NCBI GenBank assembly: GCA_963758915.1
Contig: CAVWXH010000011.1
Coordinates: 1-26,328 of the forward strand
Source of the DNA: an uncultured Methanomicrobiales archaeon
GTDB taxonomy: Archaea > Halobacteriota > Methanomicrobia > Methanomicrobiales > Methanospirillaceae
Reading direction: 5' to 3'
DNA: 26,328 bases
Made by a program: the position numbers and the translations under genes. Numbering within the stretch: position 1 is the first letter of the stretch; the number at the start of each line of letters is the position of its first letter. A model generated the notes under the pieces. It was given only the letters and a program-made list of their open reading frames with translations. It made no database searches and was not told the origin of the DNA. This document shows positions 1 to 10,137 of this stretch, in pieces.

Positions 1-127
1 CTTTCACCACGATTCCAGAAGCCCTGAAAACAAAAAGAATTCTCCTCAATTGCGTTTCTTTATCCTTTAAATTTTTACGAGTCAGATAGTACAGCATGAA
101 TCTGTCCTGTGTGAGGTTGTTCCCGTC

Positions 128-836
128 ATGAATTGCGAACAACATGTTTCGTGGATCAGCAGGGTTAAAGAATCGTTCCGCTGCTCCTTCGGTGAGATTG
201 TCTTTGGCATGTCGGACGGTACCGTCTCGATTTTCGGCCTCGTGGCCGGTATGCTGGCGGGTGCCCAGTCCGGTGATGTTATCCTCCTTGCCGGTGCAAC
301 CGCAGCAATCGCGGCAACAGTCTCCATGATGGCGGGTGTCTTCATGGACCTTGAGTCAGAAAAGGATGCGGCCCGCGTGGAAGCGGAACGGCGGGCGGCA
401 GAGATCCATAGTGATCCCGATGGTGCTGTGAAGAAACTGATGGGTGATCTGCAGGGCTCCGGCCTGAGTCAGACAAGTCTTGATGCGATCCAGTGTTGAT
501 CTCCAGACGAATCCCCTCACCATCCAGAAGTTTGAGGATGCGGTATCAGCCGAGGAGGAGACGCCGGCAGAGAAAGCCCCGCCCTATGTCCATGCATGCT
601 GGATGGGGATTGCTGACTTCATCGCTGCGATGACCCCGGTTATCCCGTTTGCGTTCCTGCCAGTTGAACAGGCGAAGTATGTCTGCATTGCGGGGACTGC
701 GGTGCTCCTGCTCCTGCTGGGTATCGGGCGGGCACGGCTTGGCCAGCGCCCGTTATTCCGGACGGTGCTCGAGACCATGGCAATTGCAACCGCTGCGGGT
801 ATTGCCGGTGTGATCTTCGCCCTGATTATCACCTGA
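128..836 (+). CDS. VIT1/CCC1 family (DUF125) Fe/Mn transporter, split by one frameshift near 493
   Basis: ORF 128..499 has the VIT1 signature IVFGMSDGTVSIFGLVAG and AATVSMMAGVF. ORF 480..836 has the C-terminal helices (FIAAMTPVIPF, LLLLGIGRA). Removing one base at ATC CAG (T) GTT GAT joins them. Confidence 0.85.
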
Positions 837-1036
837 CGAGGAAGGGGGCAAAACCGGCTTCCTTGTGCCCTATATCCAAACACTTTTTTCAACCGGAGAT
901 ACGGGAATTAATCTCAAGCGTCGTGTGACAACAGATATACAGGATAGTATGTATTCGAAAGCGTCAAATCTGATTTTTTCCACCCGGAATCACGGAATGT
1001 ACTGTTGATTACGAAAAAAAATGAACGGTAAGAATA

Positions 1037-1228
1037 TTATTCATCAAGCGGTTTGAAAACACCTTTTTTTGCCTTGAGGATTTTGCATTCAGGACAGCGC
1101 CAGGTGTCAGGAACATCTTTCCATGCTGTCCCAGGAGTTATCCCATTTTTTGGGTCTCCCTTTATCGGATCATAAATATAATGGCATTCGAGACACACAT
1201 ACCGAATCATTTTCACCAACTCTGCCAT
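1037..1228 (-). CDS. Rubredoxin
   Basis: CLECHYIYDP...PGTAWKDVPDTWRCPEC: two CxxC knuckles with the canonical rubredoxin YDP...PGT..W.CP.C pattern. Confidence 0.93.
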   Translation of the reverse strand: MAELVKMIRYVCLECHYIYDPIKGDPKNGITPGTAWKDVPDTWRCPECKILKAKKGVFKPLDE

Positions 1229-1459
1229 GGTTCATTCAACTCTGTTCAATCTCATTAATTGGTTGATCATTTCAACGTGTATTCTTAAGAATTCTTTTCA
1301 CGAGGCAATTCTTAATTGTCCTCTCGTACTCTCCACCGTCCGGATGGATAGCGGGTACCTGAAATGTATCGCTCCTGAAAATTGTTAGAATTCCAGGATT
1401 TCAATGAAAAATGCGACAATTCGCAGTAACCAGGCGGGGAATAAAAAAGGATGAGGGGG

Positions 1460-2182
1460 TTACCTGATCAGGTACGTCACCGAAACGGTTGCCGTCACGG
1501 TCACATCACCCGGTTGGATTGGTGTTGGAGCTACCCCGGATGCCGAATCACTCCTTGCATAGTTCTGGAACAGCACCGGGGTGTACCCCTGGCCGACATC
1601 AACCGTCTTTACCGCGGTAATGTTGACACCGAGTGCGGTGGCAACAGTCTGTGCATCGGCGGCCGCCCTGGCAGTGGCCTCTTTCAGCGCCTCGGTCCTG
1701 AGCACCTGTGCCTGTTCATCCGAGAGGAGGAACTGGATGGAGTTCGCCTGGTTAATCCCGTTTGCAACACCGATGTCAATAACCTCACCAGTCCGGCTTA
1801 CATCATGGAGGGTGACCGTCAGGGTATTCGTTACGCGATAGGCCTTGATCTTCTGCCCGATAGGGAATTTTGAATCATCGTATACCGGGTAGATGTTGTA
1901 ACCGGTCGTCTTGAGGGCATCTTTCGGGATCCCGGCAGCCTTCAGTGCATCCATAACTTTTGTCATTATGGCAGCATTTTCCGCCTGGGCTGCTTTTACA
2001 TCAATATTCTCGGTTTCGACAGCGAGTGAAATCTGGGCACGGTCCGGGGTACCGATAACAGAGCCGGTCCCTGAAGCTGTAATTGTCCGATCATCGCTTG
2101 TATCAGCCGCCGAAACAGTTCCAATCGCCAGAAGGGCAACGAGAACCACGAGGGCCGTCAGAATTGCTATTCTATTCTTCAT
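1460..2182 (-). CDS. SIMPL domain (DUF541, BP26/YggE-like) exported protein
   Basis: Signal peptide, then ITASGTGSV..TPDRAQISLAVET, T.GYNIYPVYD, YRVTNTLTV, GINQANSIQF and C-terminal PIQPGDVTVTATVSVTY. Confidence 0.9.
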   Translation of the reverse strand: MKNRIAILTALVVLVALLAIGTVSAADTSDDRTITASGTGSVIGTPDRAQISLAVETENIDVKAAQAENAAIMTKVMDALKAAGIPKDALKTTGYNIYPVYDDSKFPIGQKIKAYRVTNTLTVTLHDVSRTGEVIDIGVANGINQANSIQFLLSDEQAQVLRTEALKEATARAAADAQTVATALGVNITAVKTVDVGQGYTPVLFQNYARSDSASGVAPTPIQPGDVTVTATVSVTYLIR

Positions 2183-2409
2183 GATTGATCAGGACACTGT
2201 TTCGCGGCGTTCTGTTTAATCTTTCCCTTGACTGCGAACAGAATGGCAGTCATGATGAGATCGACTGATACCTGGTATATCCGGGTGAATCACGATATTA
2301 TTGCCCTGATTGCTTCCGTGCATCTTTTTTTTAGAGACCTGGTATAGTAATAAGATGATTATAGGAGTAGGACCATACGTTCCGGTGCTGACGAAGTGGT
2401 GAAAAAGAT

Positions 2410-2679
2410 ATGATTACGCAGGATATTGTACAGAAACTTTGGGATGCAGCGGGTTATGGGAATGTTGCGGTATGGGAGGACGACACCATGACGGTTGTTC
2501 CGCCGGATTATCCCGGTGAAACCGAAGGTAAAAAACCGCTTGTCATCCTCAAGCCCATCGCACTCGTGAACCGGTTTGAGCTGCTTGGTTTCGCCCTCAA
2601 TGACGAAGAATTGCTGGGGAACATCGAAGAAACAATCCGTGCTGCCGGCGGACAGGTGACAAGAGGCCCGAAGTCATAG
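2410..2679 (+). CDS. Small hypothetical protein (89 aa)
   Basis: Clean ATG-TAG ORF preceded by GTGGTGA (SD-like) and followed by a T-tract. No family recognised. Confidence 0.7.
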   Translation: MITQDIVQKLWDAAGYGNVAVWEDDTMTVVPPDYPGETEGKKPLVILKPIALVNRFELLGFALNDEELLGNIEETIRAAGGQVTRGPKS

Positions 2680-3041
2680 CCATTTTTATAGCAGTTTCCC
2701 GCTTAGCACCGGGTTACTTCAGGACCCGGCCAACCAGGAAAAACGATGCATAAAACAAAAACAGAGGCCTCTCTTTTTCACGGAACACGCACAATTCCGG
2801 ACCTGAAACATTTTTGCACGGGGCCTGCAGCGGGGACGGTGATCCGGGGGAGTGAGGTCCTCCGGGGCATCGGTCCTGTACCGATAATCAACCTTTTAGA
2901 ATGTGTTGATCTGCCATCAGGCTCCGAAAAATTGTCAGCCGCCTTCAGGAAAGGTCCCGGTTGTACATCAATCAGCTGTGCCCCGATAACACCGCGAAGA
3001 CCCCCGCTGATTTTCGGGAAGTGTCCTGACCAGCAAGTATA

Positions 3042-3062
3042 TAGTTAGGTAAAGCCTAACTA
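3042..3062. promoter_or_regulatory. Putative MarR operator: TAGTTAGG-N5-CCTAACTA
   Basis: Perfect 8-bp inverted repeat overlapping a TATA-like GTATATAG and ending 15 nt before the marR ATG. Confidence 0.7.
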
Positions 3063-3077
3063 ACGAAAGATCGACGT

Positions 3078-3497
3078 ATGATAGAACAGGGAGAGGATCT
3101 GTGTGAAGCATTTGAAGGCCTTATCCGGCTCAAAAACGACTGTTCCTGCAATATCTTCTCTGAATGCGGGTTGTCGGATATAACGGTCAAACAGATCGCA
3201 TACCTGAAAGTCATCGATCAACATGGGGAAATCACCTTCAGCAGGCTTGCCGAGATCACCCGGAACTCGAAACCCACCATCACCGAGATGATCAACAGGT
3301 TTGTCCGGATGGAATGCGTGTTCCGCGAACGATGCCCCGATGATGGCAGGATCCTGTACATCCGCCTGACCGAAAAGGGACAGAAGATCGCAAAAGCTGA
3401 ACAAGCCGCTATGCAGCGGGTGATTGAACGGATGATGAATTCACTGGATGAACACGAGCTGGATCTCCTGGTTGAGATCCTGCAGAAAGTCAGGTAA
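3078..3497 (+). CDS. MarR family transcriptional regulator
   Basis: ITVKQIAYLKVI, wHTH segment TFSRLAEITRNSKPTITEMINRF, and the MarR wing motif DDGRILYIRLTEKG. Confidence 0.92.
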   Translation: MIEQGEDLCEAFEGLIRLKNDCSCNIFSECGLSDITVKQIAYLKVIDQHGEITFSRLAEITRNSKPTITEMINRFVRMECVFRERCPDDGRILYIRLTEKGQKIAKAEQAAMQRVIERMMNSLDEHELDLLVEILQKVR

Positions 3498-3539
3498 TAT
3501 TTTTTGTCCTGATCTTAATTTTTGGTAAATTCGAACTAT

Positions 3540-5939
3540 ATGAACGAGGAAACAATGCAACAGGCACAACCTGATGACACACAGGAAAAAATTGTCATAC
3601 CGCTCTTTGAGATCGTCGTCTACCCAAACAACCGGACAAAATTCCAGGTTGACCAGGTCACCGGAGACCTCCTGCTGGCCGAAATGAAAGATACAGGGGC
3701 TGCATATGCAGTCGGGCTTACCGTAAAAAGTGGCACAAGGCCATCAGAGCTGACCGGGGAGTCCCTGTATCAGACCGGAAACCTGTTTAAGATCTCGCAC
3801 GTGCAGCCTGCCAACGACGGGTACCTGATCTGTGCGGAAGTTATGCAGAGGGTAAGAGTGGTCACCCTGGCCGAAAAGGACGGGCGGCTCAGTGCCATAT
3901 ATACACCGCTCCCGGATATCCAGGACCTTGGAGATGACCTTCAGGCCCGGATCCTCGCAGACATTAAAACAACCATCCACGAGATCAGCAGCAGGTTCCC
4001 GGGCTCCGAACAGTTCACCGGGCCGCTCGACCGGATGGACTCTATCGAGCAGATCATGGGGTTCGTCATGCCCTACCTCCCGGTTGACCTTGCCGAAAAA
4101 CAGGCACTTCTTGAGCTTGACTCTGTCCTGCTGCGGTATACCACGTTCCTTGAGCTCCTCAACAAAACAAGGGATGACATCAACATCCGGATCGAGATGG
4201 CAAAGAAAGTCTCAGACCGGGTGAGCAAGTCCAACCGGGAAGCAATGCTCCGGGAGCAGCTGAAGGTGATCCAGGAGGAGCTGAACGAAAGCGAAGGAGA
4301 TACCGGGGATAGCGGGTACCGGGAACGGGTTGAAAACTCAAAGATGCCGGACGATGTGCGGAAAAAAGCACTGGCAGAGGTGAAGAAACTCGAGACCGGG
4401 GGACCCCACAACCATGAAGGTTCAGTGATCCGTAACTATCTCGACCTCCTGCTCGACCTTCCCTGGGTGACGGAAGAGAAGAAGAGCATCGATATCGAAG
4501 AGGCCCGGAAGGTACTTGAAAGCCACCACAACGGCCTCGAAAAGGTCAAGGAACGGATCATCCAGCACCTTGCGGTCATGAAACTGAAGCAGGAGAAGCA
4601 GGGCTCGATCCTCCTCTTTGCAGGCCCGCCCGGAACAGGAAAGACGAGCCTTGGCAAGAGCATTGCCGAGGCTCTCGGACGGAAATATGTCAGGATCAGC
4701 CTCGGCGGAGTCAGGGACGAGGCCGAGATCCGGGGACACCGGAGGACCTATGTCGGCGCACTGCCGGGCAGGATTATCCAGGGGATAAAAAAGGCCGGGA
4801 CGAAAAACCCGGTATTTATCCTCGATGAGATCGACAAGCTGGCAATGTCCTACGCCGGGGACCCGGCCAGTGCCCTCCTCGAAGTCCTCGACCCCGAGCA
4901 GAACAACACCTTCTCGGACCATTATCTTGAGGTCGCCTACGATCTCTCCGACGTGCTGTTCATCGCGACCGCGAACTCCCTCGCGACAATCCCGGCACCC
5001 CTCCTTGACCGGATGGAGTTGATCGAGATCTCGGGCTATACGAAAAACGAGAAATTCGCAATAGCAAAGGACCACCTGCTGCCCGAAACCTTGAAGGAGC
5101 ATGGTCTCGATGCAGACCAGCTCCAGATAGATGACGAGGCATTGAAGGTAATTATTGAGAAATACACCCGGGAAGCAGGCGTCCGGTGGCTGAAAAAACA
5201 GCTGGCGAAGATTGCACGCCACGTATCGGAGAAGATTGTTTCCGGGAAGGCAGAACTGCCGTTCGTCGTAACACCAGATATGCTCTCCGTGATACTCGGG
5301 AAGGAACCGGTACGGCAGGAAGTTGCCCGGAAAGAACCGGTCCCCGGTGTCGTTACCGGCCTTGCATGGACCCCGGTCGGCGGGGAGATCCTCTTCATCG
5401 AAGGGACGTTCATGCCCGGGACCGGCAAACTGACCCTCACCGGCCAGCTCGGGGACGTAATGAAGGAGTCGGCAACGATATCGTTGAGCCTCATCCGGTC
5501 ACGGCTTGCAGGAACGGAGAACGGTTTCGACTTCATCACGCGGGACATCCATATCCACGTGCCATCAGGAGCTACCCCGAAGGACGGTCCTTCGGCAGGT
5601 GTGACCCTCTTTACGGCGCTCGCGTCCCTGATCACCGGGAAGACCGTTGACCCCCATGTAGCGATGACCGGGGAGATCACCCTCAGCGGCGGAGTGTTAC
5701 CCGTAGGGGGAATCAAGGAAAAGGTCCTCGCTGCTCACAGGGCGGGAATTACCACCGTGATCCTGCCGAAGGAAAACGAACGGGACCTCGAGGATGTGCC
5801 TGAAGATGTCCGGAATGAACTTACCTTCATCACCGTTAAAACCATCGAGGACGTGCTCAAAGAGGCGCTGGGGATTGAACTGCCACAGACCGTTGTGCAG
5901 TATTCCGGGAACAGTTTTGTCCCGGTGCAGAATATCTGA
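3540..5939 (+). CDS. lon: ATP-dependent protease La, bacterial LonA type
   Basis: N-terminal LON domain, LREQLKVIQEEL, Walker A GPPGTGKT, RDEAEIRGHRRTYVGALPG, Walker B ILDEIDK, catalytic PKDGPSAG and GGIKEK. ATG at 3540 is preferred over the TTG at 3522. Confidence 0.97.
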   Translation: MNEETMQQAQPDDTQEKIVIPLFEIVVYPNNRTKFQVDQVTGDLLLAEMKDTGAAYAVGLTVKSGTRPSELTGESLYQTGNLFKISHVQPANDGYLICAEVMQRVRVVTLAEKDGRLSAIYTPLPDIQDLGDDLQARILADIKTTIHEISSRFPGSEQFTGPLDRMDSIEQIMGFVMPYLPVDLAEKQALLELDSVLLRYTTFLELLNKTRDDINIRIEMAKKVSDRVSKSNREAMLREQLKVIQEELNESEGDTGDSGYRERVENSKMPDDVRKKALAEVKKLETGGPHNHEGSVIRNYLDLLLDLPWVTEEKKSIDIEEARKVLESHHNGLEKVKERIIQHLAVMKLKQEKQGSILLFAGPPGTGKTSLGKSIAEALGRKYVRISLGGVRDEAEIRGHRRTYVGALPGRIIQGIKKAGTKNPVFILDEIDKLAMSYAGDPASALLEVLDPEQNNTFSDHYLEVAYDLSDVLFIATANSLATIPAPLLDRMELIEISGYTKNEKFAIAKDHLLPETLKEHGLDADQLQIDDEALKVIIEKYTREAGVRWLKKQLAKIARHVSEKIVSGKAELPFVVTPDMLSVILGKEPVRQEVARKEPVPGVVTGLAWTPVGGEILFIEGTFMPGTGKLTLTGQLGDVMKESATISLSLIRSRLAGTENGFDFITRDIHIHVPSGATPKDGPSAGVTLFTALASLITGKTVDPHVAMTGEITLSGGVLPVGGIKEKVLAAHRAGITTVILPKENERDLEDVPEDVRNELTFITVKTIEDVLKEALGIELPQTVVQYSGNSFVPVQNI

Positions 5940-5972
5940 AGGTCAGGGTATTCGCAAAGATACGGGGAGTTG

Positions 5973-6004
5973 TGGGCTTTGAAAAGCCCATTCTCATTTC
6001 TTTT
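5973..6004 (+). terminator. Hairpin plus T-tract after lon
   Basis: TGGGCTTT-GA-AAAGCCCA followed by ttctcatttctttt. It sits inside an outer repeat TCAGGGTA (5943-5950) / TACCCTGA (6017-6024). Confidence 0.55.
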
Positions 6005-6114
6005 ATTAAAGTCTTGTACCCTGATAAACCTGAAACGAAGGTGTTTGAGTCATGGTTCATTTAACAACCAGAACGGCAGAAAAAACAATACTCTCACCGG
6101 ATAATTAGATCCCT

Positions 6115-7473
6115 GTGATCTCCCTCGTTGAGCCGGAACGGGTCCGGGTACTCAATAATGCCCCCGTACGCACCGGGGACTATGTGCTGTACTGGATGCA
6201 GTCCTCGCACCGGACAGAACAAAATCCGGCACTTGTGTATGCAATCGAACGGGCTGACCATGCAAACCTCCCGCTGGTCGTTTATTTCGGGCTCTGGCAG
6301 ACCTACCCGGAGGCGAACCTCCGTCATTTCCAGTTCATGCTGGAAGGGCTTGTGGACGTCGCACATTCCCTGGAATCCCTGGGGATCAGGTTTGTGCTGA
6401 GGATTGAACCCCCGGACGAGGGAGTCCTTTCCCTCGCGAAAAACGCCGCATTAGTAATAGCAGACCGGGGATACCTCCGGCAGCAGCAGGTATGGTACCA
6501 TGATGTTGCCGAACGGTGCACGTGCCCTCTCGTGCAGGTTGAGGGAAACGTTGTCGTGCCGGTAGAGGTGGCATCCCAGAAAGAGGAATATTCAGCCGCC
6601 ACGTTCCGCCGTAAGGTCACCTACCATGTGGACAGGTTCCTGCACCATGTTGAAACGGACAGACCGGAGCGTTCTTCTCTTGCCCTTGACATTCCCACGC
6701 TTGCCGGGGAAACACCCGGTGCACTACTCTCACAGCTCACCATCGACCGGTCGGTCCCTGCATCGGATTCCTACAAGGGTGGGACAACGGAAGCGAACCG
6801 GAGGTTTCTGCAATTTCTCGACAAACGACTCGGGGGATATGGTGATAACCGCAATGATCCCGGTGGGGAGGGGAGTTCGGACATGAGCCCCTACCTCCAT
6901 TTTGGCCAGGTATCGCCGGTTACCCTCGCAGTCCTCGCACAGGAACAGGGCGGGAACGGTACTCCGGCCTTTCTCGAACAACTGATTGTGCGCCGGGAGC
7001 TTGCCGTGAACTTTGTCCGGTACAATGACCACTACGATTCATTCTCATCACTTCCTGCATGGGCACAGAAAACGCTGGCGCTTCACCAGGCAGATCTGCG
7101 GGAATATAGGTATTCTCTCGATGAACTGGAGCATGCTGCAACCCATGACCCGTACTGGAATGCAGCCCAGCAGGAGATGATGAAGACCGGTAAGATGCAG
7201 GGCTACATGAGGATGTACTGGGGCAAGAAGGTCCTCGAGTGGAGCAGAACCCCGGAGGAGGCATATTCGACCGCCCTGTATCTCAATAATAAATACGAGA
7301 TCGACGGCAGGGACCCGAACGGCTACGCCGGGGTTGCCTGGTGCTTTGGCAAACACGACCGCCCGTGGGGGGAGCGTCCGATCTTTGGCATGGTCCGGTA
7401 CATGAATGCGCAGGGACTGCGGCGTAAGTTTGACATGGACCGGTACCTCGAGAGTGTCAGGCAGGTACACTGA
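6115..7473 (+). CDS. phr: Class II CPD (deoxyribodipyrimidine) photolyase
   Basis: YVLYWMQ..R...N.AL, SDMSPYLHFGQVS, RRELAVNF, THDPYWNAAQ, GYMRMYWGKK, DGRDPNGYAG and FGMVRYMN are class II photolyase motifs. Confidence 0.95.
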   Translation: MISLVEPERVRVLNNAPVRTGDYVLYWMQSSHRTEQNPALVYAIERADHANLPLVVYFGLWQTYPEANLRHFQFMLEGLVDVAHSLESLGIRFVLRIEPPDEGVLSLAKNAALVIADRGYLRQQQVWYHDVAERCTCPLVQVEGNVVVPVEVASQKEEYSAATFRRKVTYHVDRFLHHVETDRPERSSLALDIPTLAGETPGALLSQLTIDRSVPASDSYKGGTTEANRRFLQFLDKRLGGYGDNRNDPGGEGSSDMSPYLHFGQVSPVTLAVLAQEQGGNGTPAFLEQLIVRRELAVNFVRYNDHYDSFSSLPAWAQKTLALHQADLREYRYSLDELEHAATHDPYWNAAQQEMMKTGKMQGYMRMYWGKKVLEWSRTPEEAYSTALYLNNKYEIDGRDPNGYAGVAWCFGKHDRPWGERPIFGMVRYMNAQGLRRKFDMDRYLESVRQVH

Positions 7474-7525
7474 GAAAGAGACTCACTGATAACCCTGGTC
7501 CGGACAAAAACGCGGGTATGTAATC

Positions 7526-8563
7526 TTATCCCTTATTTGAAGGCCCCGCGTTTTCCCGGGTGTCCGGTGCATTCCGGCTTTTCCAGACATCCCTGCCGCG
7601 GTCCGTGATATCTTCCGGCAGTTCCGCCAGCTCGATCGGGTACGGGGCAAAGAAGGTCTGGTTCAGGAGGGCTCGGCTCCTGGAACCTGATCACCCACGA
7701 ACGGAGCAGGTCGCGGGGTTCAGCAAGCGTTGCATGACCTTCCCTGTAGCGATCGATTAACCTGAGGCAGTACGCTTTTTCCTCGGCCGAAACCCGGTTG
7801 CTAAAATATCCCATGGTATGGTGGAGGACATTGATATTGTTCGTATATCGCGGGACCTGGGCAAGTGCAGCACAGAGCATCCGGCGGTACTCGAAAAACA
7901 GCTCGTCCGGTTGAGTCTTCGCCCGGGATGCAACAAGCCTTCCCATCTCACGCATCAGCTGCTGGTGACAGGCCATCAGCAGGTGCTTGTTCGCAGCGTG
8001 GAACTGCACCAGTGCTTCACGATCCTGTTGGCTTTCAATTGCCCGGAAGGCGGCGAGAGTAAAGATCCCGGTAAGGAAATGGTCACGGATCCGTGCATTG
8101 TTCAGGCGGAGCTCATCTTCAACAGGCAGTTCTGGAAAACCGTTTCAGCACCTCCCGGGCAAAAAAGCCGGCAGGTCTTCTCTATAGCCATGGATTTTTC
8201 TGCGGACGGGTATACACGAACGCCACTTGCACCGGATGTAGGAGAGCCGCCTTTCAGGATGAACCCGTCAACCGGGGGCAGGTCATCAAGGAACCGGGAG
8301 GCAAAACCGGTCATCTCACGGGTTACGTCGCGTCCGGTCGCAGGCTGGATAAGATGATCGACACCATCCATCCGCACGATCCTGACCGTTGCCCGCGGGA
8401 TGCCAAGACCTATCTCTACCTCGGGGCAGACAGGGATACAATCAGCAAAAGACTTGAGACGTGCCACGGTGGGGGATGGTATTTTTGAACCGTCATAACG
8501 GCACGGGTCAAACTCGATACAACGGCTGATAACAATGCGGGGACGCGGGTAATCTCGGGCCAT
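7526..8563 (-). CDS. DUF523-DUF1722 (YbgA/RudS-like) fusion protein, three +1 frameshifts near 8174, 8138 and 7671
   Basis: N-terminal SRCIEFDPCRYDG, CPEVEIGLGIPR, GFILKGGSP. Correcting three extra bases restores AGFFAREVLKRFPELPVEDELRL..RIRDHF, FHAANKHLLMA, NVLHHTMGYFS and LLNQTFFAPYPIEL, with the stop at 7526. Confidence 0.88.
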
Positions 8564-8669
8564 GGGGTATCACACTACATTTTTCAGTACCCTCAGGATG
8601 CTTATGAACACTTGGGTCTTCAAGTATCCTTATCATCCCCCTGAATTAAAATACTCATACGGAGAGCTG

Positions 8670-9155
8670 ATGATCAAAATGGACCCGTTAAAAATTCCCA
8701 GGATGCCAAAAGCTGAGTATGATGCCCTGATCGAACGCCAGTATGTATCAAGGATTTCGTTTGGCGCATGTGACCATCCCTACATAGCGCCATTCATGTA
8801 TGTCTTTGACAAGAAGTACCTCTATTTCCTTTCCACAAAATATGGCCGGAAGATAGACTATTTTAATGCAAACCCAAAGGTCTCTGTCGAAATTGAAGAG
8901 TACGCCCCTGACATGTCTGCCTTTACGTTTGTGAGCCTGCAGGGAACTATCGAGGAGGTGACGGACCCGGCACAGAAAAAGAAGGTACGCCAGCAGTTTG
9001 TTGACATGATTGCAAAAAACCGGCTTTCACCCCGCGTGCTCACGGCTCTTGGTCACAGCCCGGATGACAGTCCGGACGTTATTGTCCGTGAAGAGCGTTC
9101 GGCGGTCTGGAAACTGGTCGGCGTAAAGGATATTGTTGCCCTGAAAAACGGGTAA
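8670..9155 (+). CDS. Pyridoxamine 5'-phosphate oxidase-like / NimA-like flavin-binding split-barrel protein
   Basis: VSRISF....PYIAPFMYVFD...LYFLSTKYGRKIDYFNANPKVSVEIE. Start is 8670 or 8679 (GGAG upstream); the ORF-track start at 8562 overlaps the divergent gene. Confidence 0.85.
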   Translation: MIKMDPLKIPRMPKAEYDALIERQYVSRISFGACDHPYIAPFMYVFDKKYLYFLSTKYGRKIDYFNANPKVSVEIEEYAPDMSAFTFVSLQGTIEEVTDPAQKKKVRQQFVDMIAKNRLSPRVLTALGHSPDDSPDVIVREERSAVWKLVGVKDIVALKNG

Positions 9156-9356
9156 TCTCAAATTCTTTTTATTCGCCCTTTGTTGCACCGGTTACCGGGG
9201 GAAGCCAGAGGGATATGTGAATCCACCTATATATAGTTCAGTCCGGGACCAGGTACTGCTTCGGTGGAATCCCGGGATGAAAAATCCGACCCTTCCGGAG
9301 CGAAACATCCATAAAGACCCCGGGGAATATACCGCGTAGCTGGAGACGACACGATA

Positions 9357-9875
9357 ATGGCTGATACAATACCCTATGAAATCACCGGGAAAGAGGGAGA
9401 CATTGAATACAGGCACTACCCCGCAATGGTGCTTGCGACAGCAGACAGTCCCGGGAACGACAGCGGTTTCAACCTGCTTTTTGCCTACATCTCAGGCAAC
9501 AATAAAATCCGGAGTAAAATCCCGATGACCACTCCCGTCATAACCTCAGAAAAGATCCCGATGACTTCCCCTGTTGTATCAGATGCAGAATCAATGTCGT
9601 TTGTCATGCCCGCAGGAAAATCACGGGAGGAGGTCCCCGACCCGCTGGACAACAGGGTCAGGATCACAACAGTACCCGAACGGGAGATCGCGGTTATCCG
9701 TTTCCGGGGATATGCATCTCAACAAGACGTGGATGAAGCGGTTTCACGGCTGCAGGAAGGGCTGAAAAACGCTGGTATTACCGCTGTGGGCCAGCCGTTC
9801 CTGATGCGGTATAATCCACCGTGGACTCCCGGCTTTCTCCGGCGGAACGAGGTTGGGGTAGAGATCCGGCGTTAG
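9357..9875 (+). CDS. SOUL/HBP heme-binding family protein (no signal peptide)
   Basis: IEYRHYP, GFNLLFAYISGNN, KIPMTTPV, MSFVMP, PDPLDNRV, AVIRFRG, YNPPWTPGFLRRNEV. Confidence 0.92.
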   Translation: MADTIPYEITGKEGDIEYRHYPAMVLATADSPGNDSGFNLLFAYISGNNKIRSKIPMTTPVITSEKIPMTSPVVSDAESMSFVMPAGKSREEVPDPLDNRVRITTVPEREIAVIRFRGYASQQDVDEAVSRLQEGLKNAGITAVGQPFLMRYNPPWTPGFLRRNEVGVEIRR

Positions 9876-10137
9876 GTTAAATGGCCCTTGCAGCGGATCT
9901 CAATCCACCGGTCCGGGTACCTGGGACGGATGGCCGGGTCAAGGTAAGACAACGGTTCACCAGATTATATTATCATAGGAGAGGGTTCAGGAAAAAAGGG
10001 AGCAACACTCCTGCCCGGGCAGGATAATCAACAACCCCTTTGTGATACGATACGTAAGGGCCCATAATCAGAACTTTTTTTTATACAATACTGATTTGAC
10101 ATCCACATTTATTACCTGTGGAACCCCATTGGGCAGT

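Noticed and set aside
2746-3048. 100-aa ORF upstream of marR
   Set aside because: No recognisable motif, and it runs into the marR promoter/operator; likely spurious.
4422-5716. Long antisense ORFs inside lon (and similar ones inside mmp10, serS and phr)
   Set aside because: These are shadow frames of GC-rich, codon-biased genes with no independent protein features.
9516-9577. Internal KIPMT-x-PV repeat in both SOUL genes
   Set aside because: Common in prokaryotic SOUL proteins; not a separate element.
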